DNA from: Myxococcota bacterium
GTDB lineage: Bacteria; Myxococcota_A; Polyangia; Polyangiales; Houyiibacteriaceae
Length of the DNA: 64,000 nucleotides
Direction: 5' to 3'
Assembly: GCA_039030515.1 (NCBI GenBank)
Contig: JBCCEA010000007.1
Location: 70,920-134,919, forward strand
The translations under genes and the position numbers were made by a program. The notes below the pieces were generated by a model, which saw nothing but the letters and a program-made list of their open reading frames with translations, ran no database searches and was not told where the DNA came from. Each line of letters opens with the position of its first letter. Within the stretch, counting starts at the first letter, position 1. This document shows, piece by piece, positions 10,149 through 19,367 of this stretch.

Positions 10149-11306
10149 ATGAACATGCTGATGAACAATGTGCGACATCGACCTCCGGCGTATGCTCTGC
10201 TGCTTCTTTGTGCCGGATGTAGTCTCGCCAACGAGAGTTTGCTGGAGCGTTTCGAGGGAAGCTCAATCGATGCGGGGCCTGAGGACGCGCAACCGGTAAC
10301 GAGCCAGGACTCCGGCGCCGCGGATGCGTCAGAAGGAGACGCGTCCGGATTCGATGCTGGACCTGCTCCAGCGGACCGTTGCGAAGACAACGGGGACACC
10401 TTGGTTCTCACCGACACCACTGAGGATCTGGTGATCGACACCCGCAACAATGTGAGCACGATATCGAGTCTCCCATCCTGCGGTCTGCAGGTGCCGGGTA
10501 GCGATGCGTTCGTTGCTGTCGACGTAGAGCCGGGCACCTACTGGCATTTTCATTTGCAAACCGATCCCACAGCCGCCAGCGATAGCCGAGAGCGAGACCC
10601 AACGCTTTATCTATTGCGTGACGGGTGCAATGTGACTCAATGTCAGGCAGCGACAGTTGCGGACTATTGCGGCTCTACCAGCGACGAGGAGCACTTCGGC
10701 TTCGAGTTCCCACAGGCTGGAAGATGGTTTATCGGCATCGATGATCGCATCAGCGGAGGTGGGGTTTACCTCCTCGACGCGGTGCGCCCGGTCTGCGGTG
10801 ACGGTCGTGTCGATCATGGAGAGGCCTGCGACGATGCGGTCGAAGATGGACCTGCATGTGAATCGTGTCGTCTGGTTCTCAATGAGGACGACCGGTTTGC
10901 GACGGGCTTCAACTTTAATCTGCAGGAAGCGCACCTGGTGGAGCCATCGGCAATCGATGGGACGCCCAGCGTTGGTTTGACCATCGGTGGACTGCTCGGT
11001 GGTTTGGCCGATTGTTCCTACCCGGCCTACTACGCGATTGCGGTAGAAGACGGGCGACCGAACCTTCGAGTCGAGTATCTGATGCAGGGCGTCGACGCAT
11101 GCGATGCAGATGGTGAGGCTCAGGACGTGACCATGGTTCTCGAAACTCTGGGTGGCGGGCAGCCGGACGCGAACATCACCTCAGGGGCTTGCCCAACGGT
11201 CCAAGCGCGATTGAGCGAAGGCTTATACTTCATAAGCATTGTCGATGATCGCGAGGATCGGAGTCGTGTTGTTCGCTACGAAGTCCGTTTCACCCTGAGT
11301 CCCTGA
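10149..11306 (+). CDS. Cys-containing lipoprotein with one Myxococcus Cys-rich repeat
   Basis: Lipobox LCAGC; CGDGRVDHGEACDD; two beta-rich domains. Confidence 0.78.
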   Translation: MNMLMNNVRHRPPAYALLLLCAGCSLANESLLERFEGSSIDAGPEDAQPVTSQDSGAADASEGDASGFDAGPAPADRCEDNGDTLVLTDTTEDLVIDTRNNVSTISSLPSCGLQVPGSDAFVAVDVEPGTYWHFHLQTDPTAASDSRERDPTLYLLRDGCNVTQCQAATVADYCGSTSDEEHFGFEFPQAGRWFIGIDDRISGGGVYLLDAVRPVCGDGRVDHGEACDDAVEDGPACESCRLVLNEDDRFATGFNFNLQEAHLVEPSAIDGTPSVGLTIGGLLGGLADCSYPAYYAIAVEDGRPNLRVEYLMQGVDACDADGEAQDVTMVLETLGGGQPDANITSGACPTVQARLSEGLYFISIVDDREDRSRVVRYEVRFTLSP

Positions 11307-11326
11307 CGGGCAGAGAGACCATCGCC

Positions 11327-13825
11327 ATGCTGCTCCTCATTCAGAGAACCAGTGGCTTGCTGCGCAGATCGGCAGGGAGCCTTTTATTCTTGGTGGTACT
11401 TTCGGTTCCGTATTCGACTCGAGCACACGAATTTTATACATCTAGAGTGCCAAATGCGGCAACTGCACTCTCATCCGATGGCTCGACCAAGCCTTGCATT
11501 ACCTGCCACGACAACGTGGATGGTGGTGCAGGATGTACCTCGTCCGGAGGCGCGAGGCCGTGCCTCAACCCTTTTGGGGTACAGTTTCGTGATGCAAGCT
11601 TTCTCTGGAGCAACGCGCTTTCGCAGCTTGACGCCGATGGGGACGGGTTTACCAACGGGCAAGAGCTGCAAGATGCGGAAGGGAACTGGATACCCGGTGA
11701 CCATAGTCCCGGTGTAACGAACTACGTCACTCGGCCCGGCTTTGACGACTCCACTCCGGGGCAGATCGATGCGGATGGTGATGGCTTTTGCTGGTTTGGG
11801 GAAGACCTAGACGGCAGCGGAAGCTGCGATGGCGTCACTGAAAACACCGGAGCGCTCGACTGCGACGACGGCGACGACAGCGTGAATAGCGGGGCGGTTG
11901 AGCTGTGCAGCAATGTGATCGACGACGACTGCAACGGGCTTACCACCCTTGAGGATCCTGCTTGCGAAGACGTGGTGGACCGGGATGGAGACGGCTTTTG
12001 CGTGCTCGGTCGAGACCTCAATGGTGACCGAGACTGTATCGACGGCAGCGGTGAGCAGACCTCAGACATCGATTGTGACGATACGCGAATTACCGTGTTT
12101 CCGGGAAATCGAGAGAACTGTACTGATGGACAGGACAACGACTGTAACGGACTAATTGACGTAGCGGATACGCAATGCCGCAGCGATGTGGATGAGGACT
12201 CCGACGGGTTTTGTCCGTTGGGGGTTGACTTGAATGGCGATGGTGACTGCCTCGACGCTGGAGAACTCGACGATAGCGTTTTTTCGGATGGTTTCGATTG
12301 TGATGATCAGAATGCCGCTGCAAATCCAGATCAGACAGAAATCTGCGATGACTCGATCGACAATGACTGCGATGGAGATGCAAATTTTATCGACTCTGAA
12401 TGCCAAGGTTTTTTCGATGCGGATGGAGATGGATTTTGTGTTTCCGGGATAGATCGCAACGGAGACGGTGACTGCATCGATGAGCTCGAGGGGCTTGCCG
12501 ACGGGGAACTCGGTGACTGCAACGATCTCGATCCACTCGTGGCACCCGGACGAGGTGAGGATGGAGACGCTTGCCGAGATTCGATCGACAACGACTGTGA
12601 CGGCAGCATCAGTCTCGCGGATAGCGACTGTGCGGGGTATCTCGACACAGACGGTGATCGCTACTGCCTCGTTGGGTTCGACGCAAACCTCGACGGTGAC
12701 TGCGCCGACATCGATGAGGAAGGTGGCACTTTAGTAGACTGCGACGACTCACTGGCCTCCATATCCCCGGTCGCGGTTGAGATTTGTACCGATGGACTCG
12801 ACAACGACTGTGATGGAAGCACCGATGCAGCAGATCCGGGGGATCCCGATCCTGAGTCGGGGACGTTCCTAAATAGCTGCACCGATTTTGCCGATCTCGA
12901 TCGCGACGGTTACTGCGTTCAGGGTCGAGATCTTAACGCCGATTTCGATTGCGCAGACGAGGGAGAACTGGATGCGGCCGAAGGTCTGAGCGACAGCTTC
13001 CCTCTCGACCCAACGATAGGCCCGGGAGCCTTCGAACACTGTGGCGATGGGGTCGACAACGATCTCGATGGACTTGTCGATCTCGAGAGCCCCTCATGTT
13101 CTCGGGACAGCGACGCCGACGGAGATGGGTTTTGCAGTATCGGACGCGACCTCAACGGCGACGGAGATTGCCTGGACAGCAGTGAAGACCCCTCGATGGA
13201 CGAACTGCGCTTCGGAGATTTCGATTGCGACGATCGAGATGCCGAGGTCTATCCCGCAAACGACGCAGCCGGTCTCGAGAATTGTTTTGATTTTGTGGAC
13301 AACGACTGCGACACGCGCGTGGATCTCGACGACGCCGAGTGTAAGCGTTTCTTCGATGCAGATGGTGACGGATTCTGCCCCACCGGAGTGGACGACAACG
13401 GAGATGGCGACTGCTTGGATGTTGCCGAGGATCGTTTTGGAGAAGACTGCTCCGACAATCCGCTCCTAGAGCCGCTGGCCGCTTCTATCAACATTCGTGC
13501 AAGAGAGATTTGCGACGACCTTATCGACAACGATTGCGACGGCGCTACCGATCTCGAGGACACCCAGTGCGACTGCATGACGTTTTGTGATGATGGCGAT
13601 CCGTGCACCATCGATGGCTGCAATGAAGCCAAGACTCTGTGCGCGTATCGTCCGGATCCCGCTTGCTTTGATGCCGGTGCGCCGCCTGTGCTTGATGGAG
13701 ACGGCGGCACACCGGCTCGCTCCGCAGGTGGTGGATGTTATGTCGGGGGTAGCCCACGTCACACCCTCCTGATTTGGATCGTCGGATGTCTGGGCTGGCT
13801 CATCCTTCGCCGGAGGCGTCCATGA
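11327..13825 (+). CDS. Surface protein: CxxCH temptin-like domain, 8 acidic Cys repeats (MopE-like putative metal-binding motif), MYXO-CTERM-type anchor
   Basis: Signal peptide; CITCH...CLNPFG...DADGDGFTNGQEL; 8x DxDGDGFC..DCDD..E.C..DNDCDG; GGGC-TM-RRRR tail. Confidence 0.85.
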   Translation: MLLLIQRTSGLLRRSAGSLLFLVVLSVPYSTRAHEFYTSRVPNAATALSSDGSTKPCITCHDNVDGGAGCTSSGGARPCLNPFGVQFRDASFLWSNALSQLDADGDGFTNGQELQDAEGNWIPGDHSPGVTNYVTRPGFDDSTPGQIDADGDGFCWFGEDLDGSGSCDGVTENTGALDCDDGDDSVNSGAVELCSNVIDDDCNGLTTLEDPACEDVVDRDGDGFCVLGRDLNGDRDCIDGSGEQTSDIDCDDTRITVFPGNRENCTDGQDNDCNGLIDVADTQCRSDVDEDSDGFCPLGVDLNGDGDCLDAGELDDSVFSDGFDCDDQNAAANPDQTEICDDSIDNDCDGDANFIDSECQGFFDADGDGFCVSGIDRNGDGDCIDELEGLADGELGDCNDLDPLVAPGRGEDGDACRDSIDNDCDGSISLADSDCAGYLDTDGDRYCLVGFDANLDGDCADIDEEGGTLVDCDDSLASISPVAVEICTDGLDNDCDGSTDAADPGDPDPESGTFLNSCTDFADLDRDGYCVQGRDLNADFDCADEGELDAAEGLSDSFPLDPTIGPGAFEHCGDGVDNDLDGLVDLESPSCSRDSDADGDGFCSIGRDLNGDGDCLDSSEDPSMDELRFGDFDCDDRDAEVYPANDAAGLENCFDFVDNDCDTRVDLDDAECKRFFDADGDGFCPTGVDDNGDGDCLDVAEDRFGEDCSDNPLLEPLAASINIRAREICDDLIDNDCDGATDLEDTQCDCMTFCDDGDPCTIDGCNEAKTLCAYRPDPACFDAGAPPVLDGDGGTPARSAGGGCYVGGSPRHTLLIWIVGCLGWLILRRRRP

Positions 13826-16800
13826 TGCAGCCATGGATGCGTCTCGCTTTGGGGCTTTTGTTGCTGTTTGGCTGGGCTCCTTCCGCTCAGGCCTATCCCT
13901 ACTACGGACACTACGGCTCGGGATCCAACCCGCCAGGCACCACAGATTTTGGAGTTGGAGCTCATTCGTCTGGATGCGAGATGTGCCACACCAACACGGG
14001 AGGAGGTCTCTCGTGCGCTGGTGGCTTTTTCCCCTGTCTCAATCCCTTTGGCCTAGCCTATTTTTCGAATGGTGGCTGGACCACCTCATTTGGGAATGCA
14101 GATTCCGATGCTGACGGTCAGTCCAATCTCTCCGAGGTGAACAATACATCTCGTCAGCCTGGATTTCCTCGCCAGGCGAGCTCCTGCGATCTCTCGGACT
14201 GCGCTTCCACGCTTTCTGATGACTGCTCGGGTGGCGGCACCGGGTTCAACATCACCTGTAATCGCATCCAGTATGCTTCAGGCAGGTACAGCTACACCTA
14301 TAGCTTCTCGTGCGATAATGCAGGTTACGATAGTGACTTTGCGTCAGACGAGAGCAGCTGGCTTTGCTCTGATATCAACGAGTGCTCGACGTCGAATCCT
14401 TGCGGTGAAGACAATACTTTCAGCAACAATGCTTGTTCGAACACTGCAGGAAGCTGGAGCTGTGACTGCAATGCTGGCTATACAGAATTTGGATCCGTAG
14501 CGGCGCGAACCAACGGCTGCAGTAGTAACAACGAGTGCAGTACGGGGGATCCTTGTAGCGTCTCTGGGCTGGGTAACAATATATGCACGGAACTGACGGG
14601 TTCCTACGATTGCTCTTGCGACTCGGGCTACAACCGAACCGGATCGATTACCGGTGTCAATCGGAAATGCCTCGATATCGATGAATGCTCCGCGAACAAT
14701 TACTGCGGTGAAGACTATTCTGATAGCGATACGAGCTGCGTGAATCAAACGGGAGGATTTTCCTGTGAGTGCGGCGTCAATGAAGGGTTTACCGCTGCCG
14801 GTTCAGGCAACCTCGGTCAGAGGTGTAACGATATCAACGAATGCAACGAAGAAAACCACTGTCGCGAAGATGACTTCTCGAGCGTCAACAGCTGCAGCAA
14901 CACCAGCGGCGGCTACCGATGCTCCTGCGGAGCGGGTTTTCAGCTTAGCGGTAGTGCCCCTCGAAGCCAGACTTGCCAGGATATCGACGAGTGCGCGCAG
15001 AACAGCGGTCTTTGCGGTCGAACCGGAACCTTTGGTAGCGGCGCGAATGTCTGCACCAACGTGGATGGCGGTTATAGTTGCAGCTGCATTGCAGGATTTA
15101 CCCACCAAAACAGCGGCGCTCCCGCGACAAATCGTAATCAAGACTGCATCCCCATCGATGAGTGCGTGAGTACTTCCGTATGTGGACAAAATCTTGGCCC
15201 TGGTGGAACCAACACCTGCACCAACTTAGTTCAGGGGTACAGCTGCAGTTGTCAGTCACCACAGTTTTCAGCCACAGGTAGCGGCAGCTTTGATGGAGAC
15301 TGCGTCGACGTAAACGAGTGCACCGACGGAGGCCCTTCTGACAACACATGTCATCAAGAGGACGGGTGGGGTAGCTGTACAAACTATACCGGTAGCGGTA
15401 GTGCCATCGGATACGGTTGCACATGTGGAGCAGGTTTTACGCGCATTAATGCTGGAACGACCTCCGAGGACTGCGCAGACATCAACGAATGTACCGACGA
15501 GTCTGGAGCCGATACGAGCTGCAACGCGCATTTAGGTTATGGTTCGTGCAATAATACGACAGGTGGATACAGCTGTACGTGTGCCGATGGCTACGAGAGT
15601 TTTCTCGATGGAGGCGACCCAAGCTGTCGTAACGTCGATGAATGTAGCGACGAAGCTGGCGCGGATACGAGCTGTAACGCGCATTTGGGATTTGGGACCT
15701 GTACCGATACCGATGGTGGGTTTACGTGCAGCTGCGATACCGCAAACGGATACGCGTTTGATGCAGGCGCTCAGACCTGTGTGTTGGAAAACGAGTGTAC
15801 AAATCCGGCCAACAACAACTGCGATGTGAATGCAACGTGCACGGATACGCCTACTGGATTTACGTGTTCATGCGATCAAGGTTGGACGGGTAGCGGCACA
15901 AGCTGCTCTAACGTCGATGAGTGTGCCGTAGCCACGCAGTGCGGTCAGAATCTCGGCGGCGGCGGGATCAATACCTGCATCGATACTAGCGGCGGGTTCA
16001 CGTGTGTCTGCGGCCCTGGTTTTTCGGCTCAAGGCTCTGGCTTTACCGCGACCTGTGTGAATCAGAACGAATGCAGCGATACGCCAGGCATTTGCGGGGC
16101 AGGCTCCTGTACTGATCTTGAGGGCTCTTACTCCTGCAATTGTCCCGAGGGATACTCATTTTCAGGCGGCACGTGCCAAAATATCGATGAATGCGGCAAT
16201 TCCAGCACGTGCGGTCAAGACCTCGGTGCGCCAGGCACCAACACCTGTACCGATCTGACTCCTGGGTACAGTTGCGTTTGCGACTCCAGCGGATACGACC
16301 TGAGCGGCTCTGGCTTCTCTGCTGCCTGCATCGACCGTGATGAATGTGCACAGACCAATCCGTGCAGCGTAGGATCATGCGACAACTCAGTCGGCGGGTA
16401 CTCCTGCAATTGCCCCTCTGGATATATCTTCCAAAATGGAACCTGCGAGGACGTGGACGAATGTGTGTTGTCGCCCTGCGGCTCTAACGCGACGGGCTGC
16501 AACAATATCGGCGGCAGCTATGAATGTGCTTGTGCCACCGGATACGCCGCCCCAGCTGCGGGAGGTAGCTGCGCGGATATCGATGAGTGCGTGGTGAGCG
16601 CGCCGTGTGGTTCGAACTCTTCTTCGTGCAGCAATCGTGACGGTACATACTCTTGCGCGTGCAGTGCGGGTTACTCCGCTCCCTCTCAAGGAGGCACGTG
16701 TGCCAACATCAATGAGTGTGCCGAGACTCCTGATATCTGCGGAGTGGGTAGCTGCGAAGATGATGAGGGCAGCTACAGCTGCAGCTGTCCTGAGGGATAC

Positions 16801-18369
16801 AGTGCGCCGGTAACAGCAGGTACCTGTGAGAACGTCGATGAATGCACCGAGACCCCTGGAGTCTGCGGCAGCAATGCAAGCCGCTGCAGCGACTCCGAAG
16901 GCAGTTACGTCTGTGAGTGCGAAAGCGGTTATGAAGCGCCGGCCAGTGGCGGCAGCTGCATCAATATCGACGAATGCAGCATCGGTACACCATGCGATCC
17001 AGGTAACTGCAGCGATCTTGAAGGAACCTACAGCTGCAGCTGCCCCGAGGGCTTTGCGGTGGCTTCGGGTACATCGGGTCCTTTCTGCGTCGATATCGAC
17101 GAGTGTCTGGGAGATCCCTGCGGTCCCGGGACATGTTTTGAGACAGGCGTTGGCGGTGATTCACGTGGCTTTGGAGATTATTTCTGCGTGTGTAACGCAG
17201 GATATGTGGAGAGCGCAGAGTTGAACGGTGTCTGTCAAAATGTCGATGAATGCCTCACTCCCGAGGTAAGCCTGTGCCCTAGCAACTCGACCTGCACGGA
17301 TACGGACGGGCGTTGGGAGTGTCCTTGCGATATCGGTTTCGAATACGATGTGTCCGGGACGATCTGCATCAACGTCGACGAGTGCGCCTTAGGGCTCGAT
17401 GATTGCGCTCCGGTTACGGCTACCTGCTCGGACCTCACGCCGGTTCAGGCAGACCCAAGAAGATGGGAGTGCAGCTGCAACGTCGGGTATCAGGGATCTG
17501 GAGTGACCTGCGTCGACATAGATGAATGCGCGATCGGAACGCCGTGCGGCGAAAATGAGCTCTGCGTCAATCGCTTAAGTGGAGAGCAGCCCGATTGTCG
17601 GTGCCGGCCGGGGTACACCCGCAATGAGGAGTCGCTTCTGTGTGAACTTAGCTGCGGTGATGGAACGCTGGGACAGACCGAGGTTTGCGACGACGGAAAC
17701 AGCGAGCCGGGTGACGGCTGTAGCGATGCATGTCTCATCGAGCCGGGTTACGTCTGCCTGACCCCGGGTGCTTCCTGCCTGCAGACTTGCGGAGACGGCG
17801 TCCTTCAGACTCACGAAGAATGTGACGACGGAGACGAGAACTCCGATACGGCCGCCGATGCCTGCCGTCTCAGTGGATGTGTGTTCGCGCGTTGTGGAGA
17901 TGGGGTGATCGATACCGGTGAGGCCTGCGACGATGGTGATATGGAGACCGTCGAAGGCATGGCGATCAACTCAGACCGTGATCCAGATGCCTGTCGCACC
18001 GATTGCTCCCTACCAAGATGTGGAGATGGCGTGGTCGATACCGGTGAGCTTTGCGATCCGGGGATCCTCGAAGATGAGGCCTGCACGAGTGAGGTCGCCT
18101 GCGGATTTGCGGTGCAGGAACCGCCGCCCGATGCATCTGCTGTAGCATTGGATGCGTCAAGCCCAGACGCGGGTTCATCGACGCCCGCCTCTTCGGGAGG
18201 AGGCTGCGCGCTTGGAGGCCGGCCCCAATCGTCCATGCCTCGAACTTCTTTGCTGTGGCTGGTCCTTTGGACGCTCACCTGCTTGCGGCGCGCTAGAAAG
18301 TCAGCAGGCCGAAGTACCAGTCGACGAGCGGCGTTCCGAAGAACAGATACTCAAGAGCGGCAAGGCTGA
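13822..18369 (+). CDS. Fibrillin-like surface protein: CxxCH temptin-like domain, 23 calcium-binding EGF repeats, 4 Myxococcus Cys-rich repeats, MYXO-CTERM-type anchor
   Basis: ATG at 13822 overlaps the upstream stop (ATGA); signal peptide AQA; CEMCH; 23 x[DN]EC-led repeats counted; 4x CGDG..E.CD; GGGC-TM-RRARK. Confidence 0.88.
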   Translation: MMQPWMRLALGLLLLFGWAPSAQAYPYYGHYGSGSNPPGTTDFGVGAHSSGCEMCHTNTGGGLSCAGGFFPCLNPFGLAYFSNGGWTTSFGNADSDADGQSNLSEVNNTSRQPGFPRQASSCDLSDCASTLSDDCSGGGTGFNITCNRIQYASGRYSYTYSFSCDNAGYDSDFASDESSWLCSDINECSTSNPCGEDNTFSNNACSNTAGSWSCDCNAGYTEFGSVAARTNGCSSNNECSTGDPCSVSGLGNNICTELTGSYDCSCDSGYNRTGSITGVNRKCLDIDECSANNYCGEDYSDSDTSCVNQTGGFSCECGVNEGFTAAGSGNLGQRCNDINECNEENHCREDDFSSVNSCSNTSGGYRCSCGAGFQLSGSAPRSQTCQDIDECAQNSGLCGRTGTFGSGANVCTNVDGGYSCSCIAGFTHQNSGAPATNRNQDCIPIDECVSTSVCGQNLGPGGTNTCTNLVQGYSCSCQSPQFSATGSGSFDGDCVDVNECTDGGPSDNTCHQEDGWGSCTNYTGSGSAIGYGCTCGAGFTRINAGTTSEDCADINECTDESGADTSCNAHLGYGSCNNTTGGYSCTCADGYESFLDGGDPSCRNVDECSDEAGADTSCNAHLGFGTCTDTDGGFTCSCDTANGYAFDAGAQTCVLENECTNPANNNCDVNATCTDTPTGFTCSCDQGWTGSGTSCSNVDECAVATQCGQNLGGGGINTCIDTSGGFTCVCGPGFSAQGSGFTATCVNQNECSDTPGICGAGSCTDLEGSYSCNCPEGYSFSGGTCQNIDECGNSSTCGQDLGAPGTNTCTDLTPGYSCVCDSSGYDLSGSGFSAACIDRDECAQTNPCSVGSCDNSVGGYSCNCPSGYIFQNGTCEDVDECVLSPCGSNATGCNNIGGSYECACATGYAAPAAGGSCADIDECVVSAPCGSNSSSCSNRDGTYSCACSAGYSAPSQGGTCANINECAETPDICGVGSCEDDEGSYSCSCPEGYSAPVTAGTCENVDECTETPGVCGSNASRCSDSEGSYVCECESGYEAPASGGSCINIDECSIGTPCDPGNCSDLEGTYSCSCPEGFAVASGTSGPFCVDIDECLGDPCGPGTCFETGVGGDSRGFGDYFCVCNAGYVESAELNGVCQNVDECLTPEVSLCPSNSTCTDTDGRWECPCDIGFEYDVSGTICINVDECALGLDDCAPVTATCSDLTPVQADPRRWECSCNVGYQGSGVTCVDIDECAIGTPCGENELCVNRLSGEQPDCRCRPGYTRNEESLLCELSCGDGTLGQTEVCDDGNSEPGDGCSDACLIEPGYVCLTPGASCLQTCGDGVLQTHEECDDGDENSDTAADACRLSGCVFARCGDGVIDTGEACDDGDMETVEGMAINSDRDPDACRTDCSLPRCGDGVVDTGELCDPGILEDEACTSEVACGFAVQEPPPDASAVALDASSPDAGSSTPASSGGGCALGGRPQSSMPRTSLLWLVLWTLTCLRRARKSAGRSTSRRAAFRRTDTQERQG

Positions 18370-19273
18370 GGAAGGGACCGAACTTGATTTTGAGCCGACC
18401 GAACTCAGCAGGTCGGCTCTCCTCCAGAGGATCCTCTGAGCTGTAGTCGTTTCCGGCTGAACTGTTCTCCGCTTCAGTCAGCGTCTCTTTTTGCGCCTCG
18501 GACTCCGGCATAACGCCGGTGGTCTCCGCCGATTCGGATTCGCCTTGGAGCACGCCTAGCTTGCCCGCTGCGCCGAGCAGCACTGTCGCGACAACGCCCT
18601 GCATGGACCCGATAGCGAGGGTGAAAAGCACGCCTTCCCATCCTAGGAATGCGCCGATCATCATGAGGAGTTTCGCATCTCCTTCCCCCATGCCGCGCCT
18701 GCCGGTCGCGAGTTCATACGCCCAGACAAAGGGAACTTGGATGATGAGAAAGCCGACTCCCGCGCCCACCGCAGCAGCTTCCGCGCCGGGCATGTGCCGG
18801 ACGGTGGCGGTGACGAGTCCGAGGGCACAGCCGGGCAAGCTGATCTCGTCGGGGATGATCATGTGCTCGAGATCGGTAAAGGTGGCGATGAGCAAGGCTC
18901 CCGCAAACGAGAACCAAAGTCCGGTTTGCAAAAGCCCGTCTGAGGCTGGAGTGAACTGAGGCGCTCGAACAAAAAACACCTCCGCCACCGCCAAGCACAA
19001 GAGGCCGGCGAGGACCTCGACAAAAACGTAGCGAGGTGAAATCCGTGCGCTGCAGCAGGCGGCTCGGCCGCGCAGCACACACCAGCTCACGATCGGGATG
19101 TTCTGCCAAGGGGGGATCTGCACGCCGCAGCTGGGGCAACGACTCGAGGGGAAGACTACCGACTCCTCGAATGGAAGCCGGTGAATCGCGACGTTGAAAA
19201 AGCTTCCCCACAGGCTACCGAATAAAAAGGCAAGCAAACGTACGGCGAAGGGTGTCAGATCTGAGGTGGACAC
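18293..19273 (-). CDS. pilD: Prepilin peptidase / N-methyltransferase
   Basis: GSFFNVAIHRLP, SRCPSC, NIPIVSW, DLEHMIIPD, GMGEGDAKL, FGPFL; GTG at 19273 preferred over the longer ORF. Confidence 0.93.
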   Translation of the reverse strand: MSTSDLTPFAVRLLAFLFGSLWGSFFNVAIHRLPFEESVVFPSSRCPSCGVQIPPWQNIPIVSWCVLRGRAACCSARISPRYVFVEVLAGLLCLAVAEVFFVRAPQFTPASDGLLQTGLWFSFAGALLIATFTDLEHMIIPDEISLPGCALGLVTATVRHMPGAEAAAVGAGVGFLIIQVPFVWAYELATGRRGMGEGDAKLLMMIGAFLGWEGVLFTLAIGSMQGVVATVLLGAAGKLGVLQGESESAETTGVMPESEAQKETLTEAENSSAGNDYSSEDPLEESRPAEFGRLKIKFGPFLSLAALEYLFFGTPLVDWYFGLLTF

Positions 19274-19367
19274 GCGGCGGCATCGTAGTCGCTTCATCAA
19301 GCTGAGGAAAGGTTTGCTAGCGGTATCCGGATGTGCGCGACGCTTGGATCCGCATACACTCAGACGG

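Noticed and set aside
68..18369. Functional link between the gamma-carboxylase-like gene and the EGF/acidic proteins as an animal-like matrix toolkit
   Set aside because: They are separated by an acyltransferase, tRNAs and dnaE; no Gla-domain or propeptide-like motif was seen
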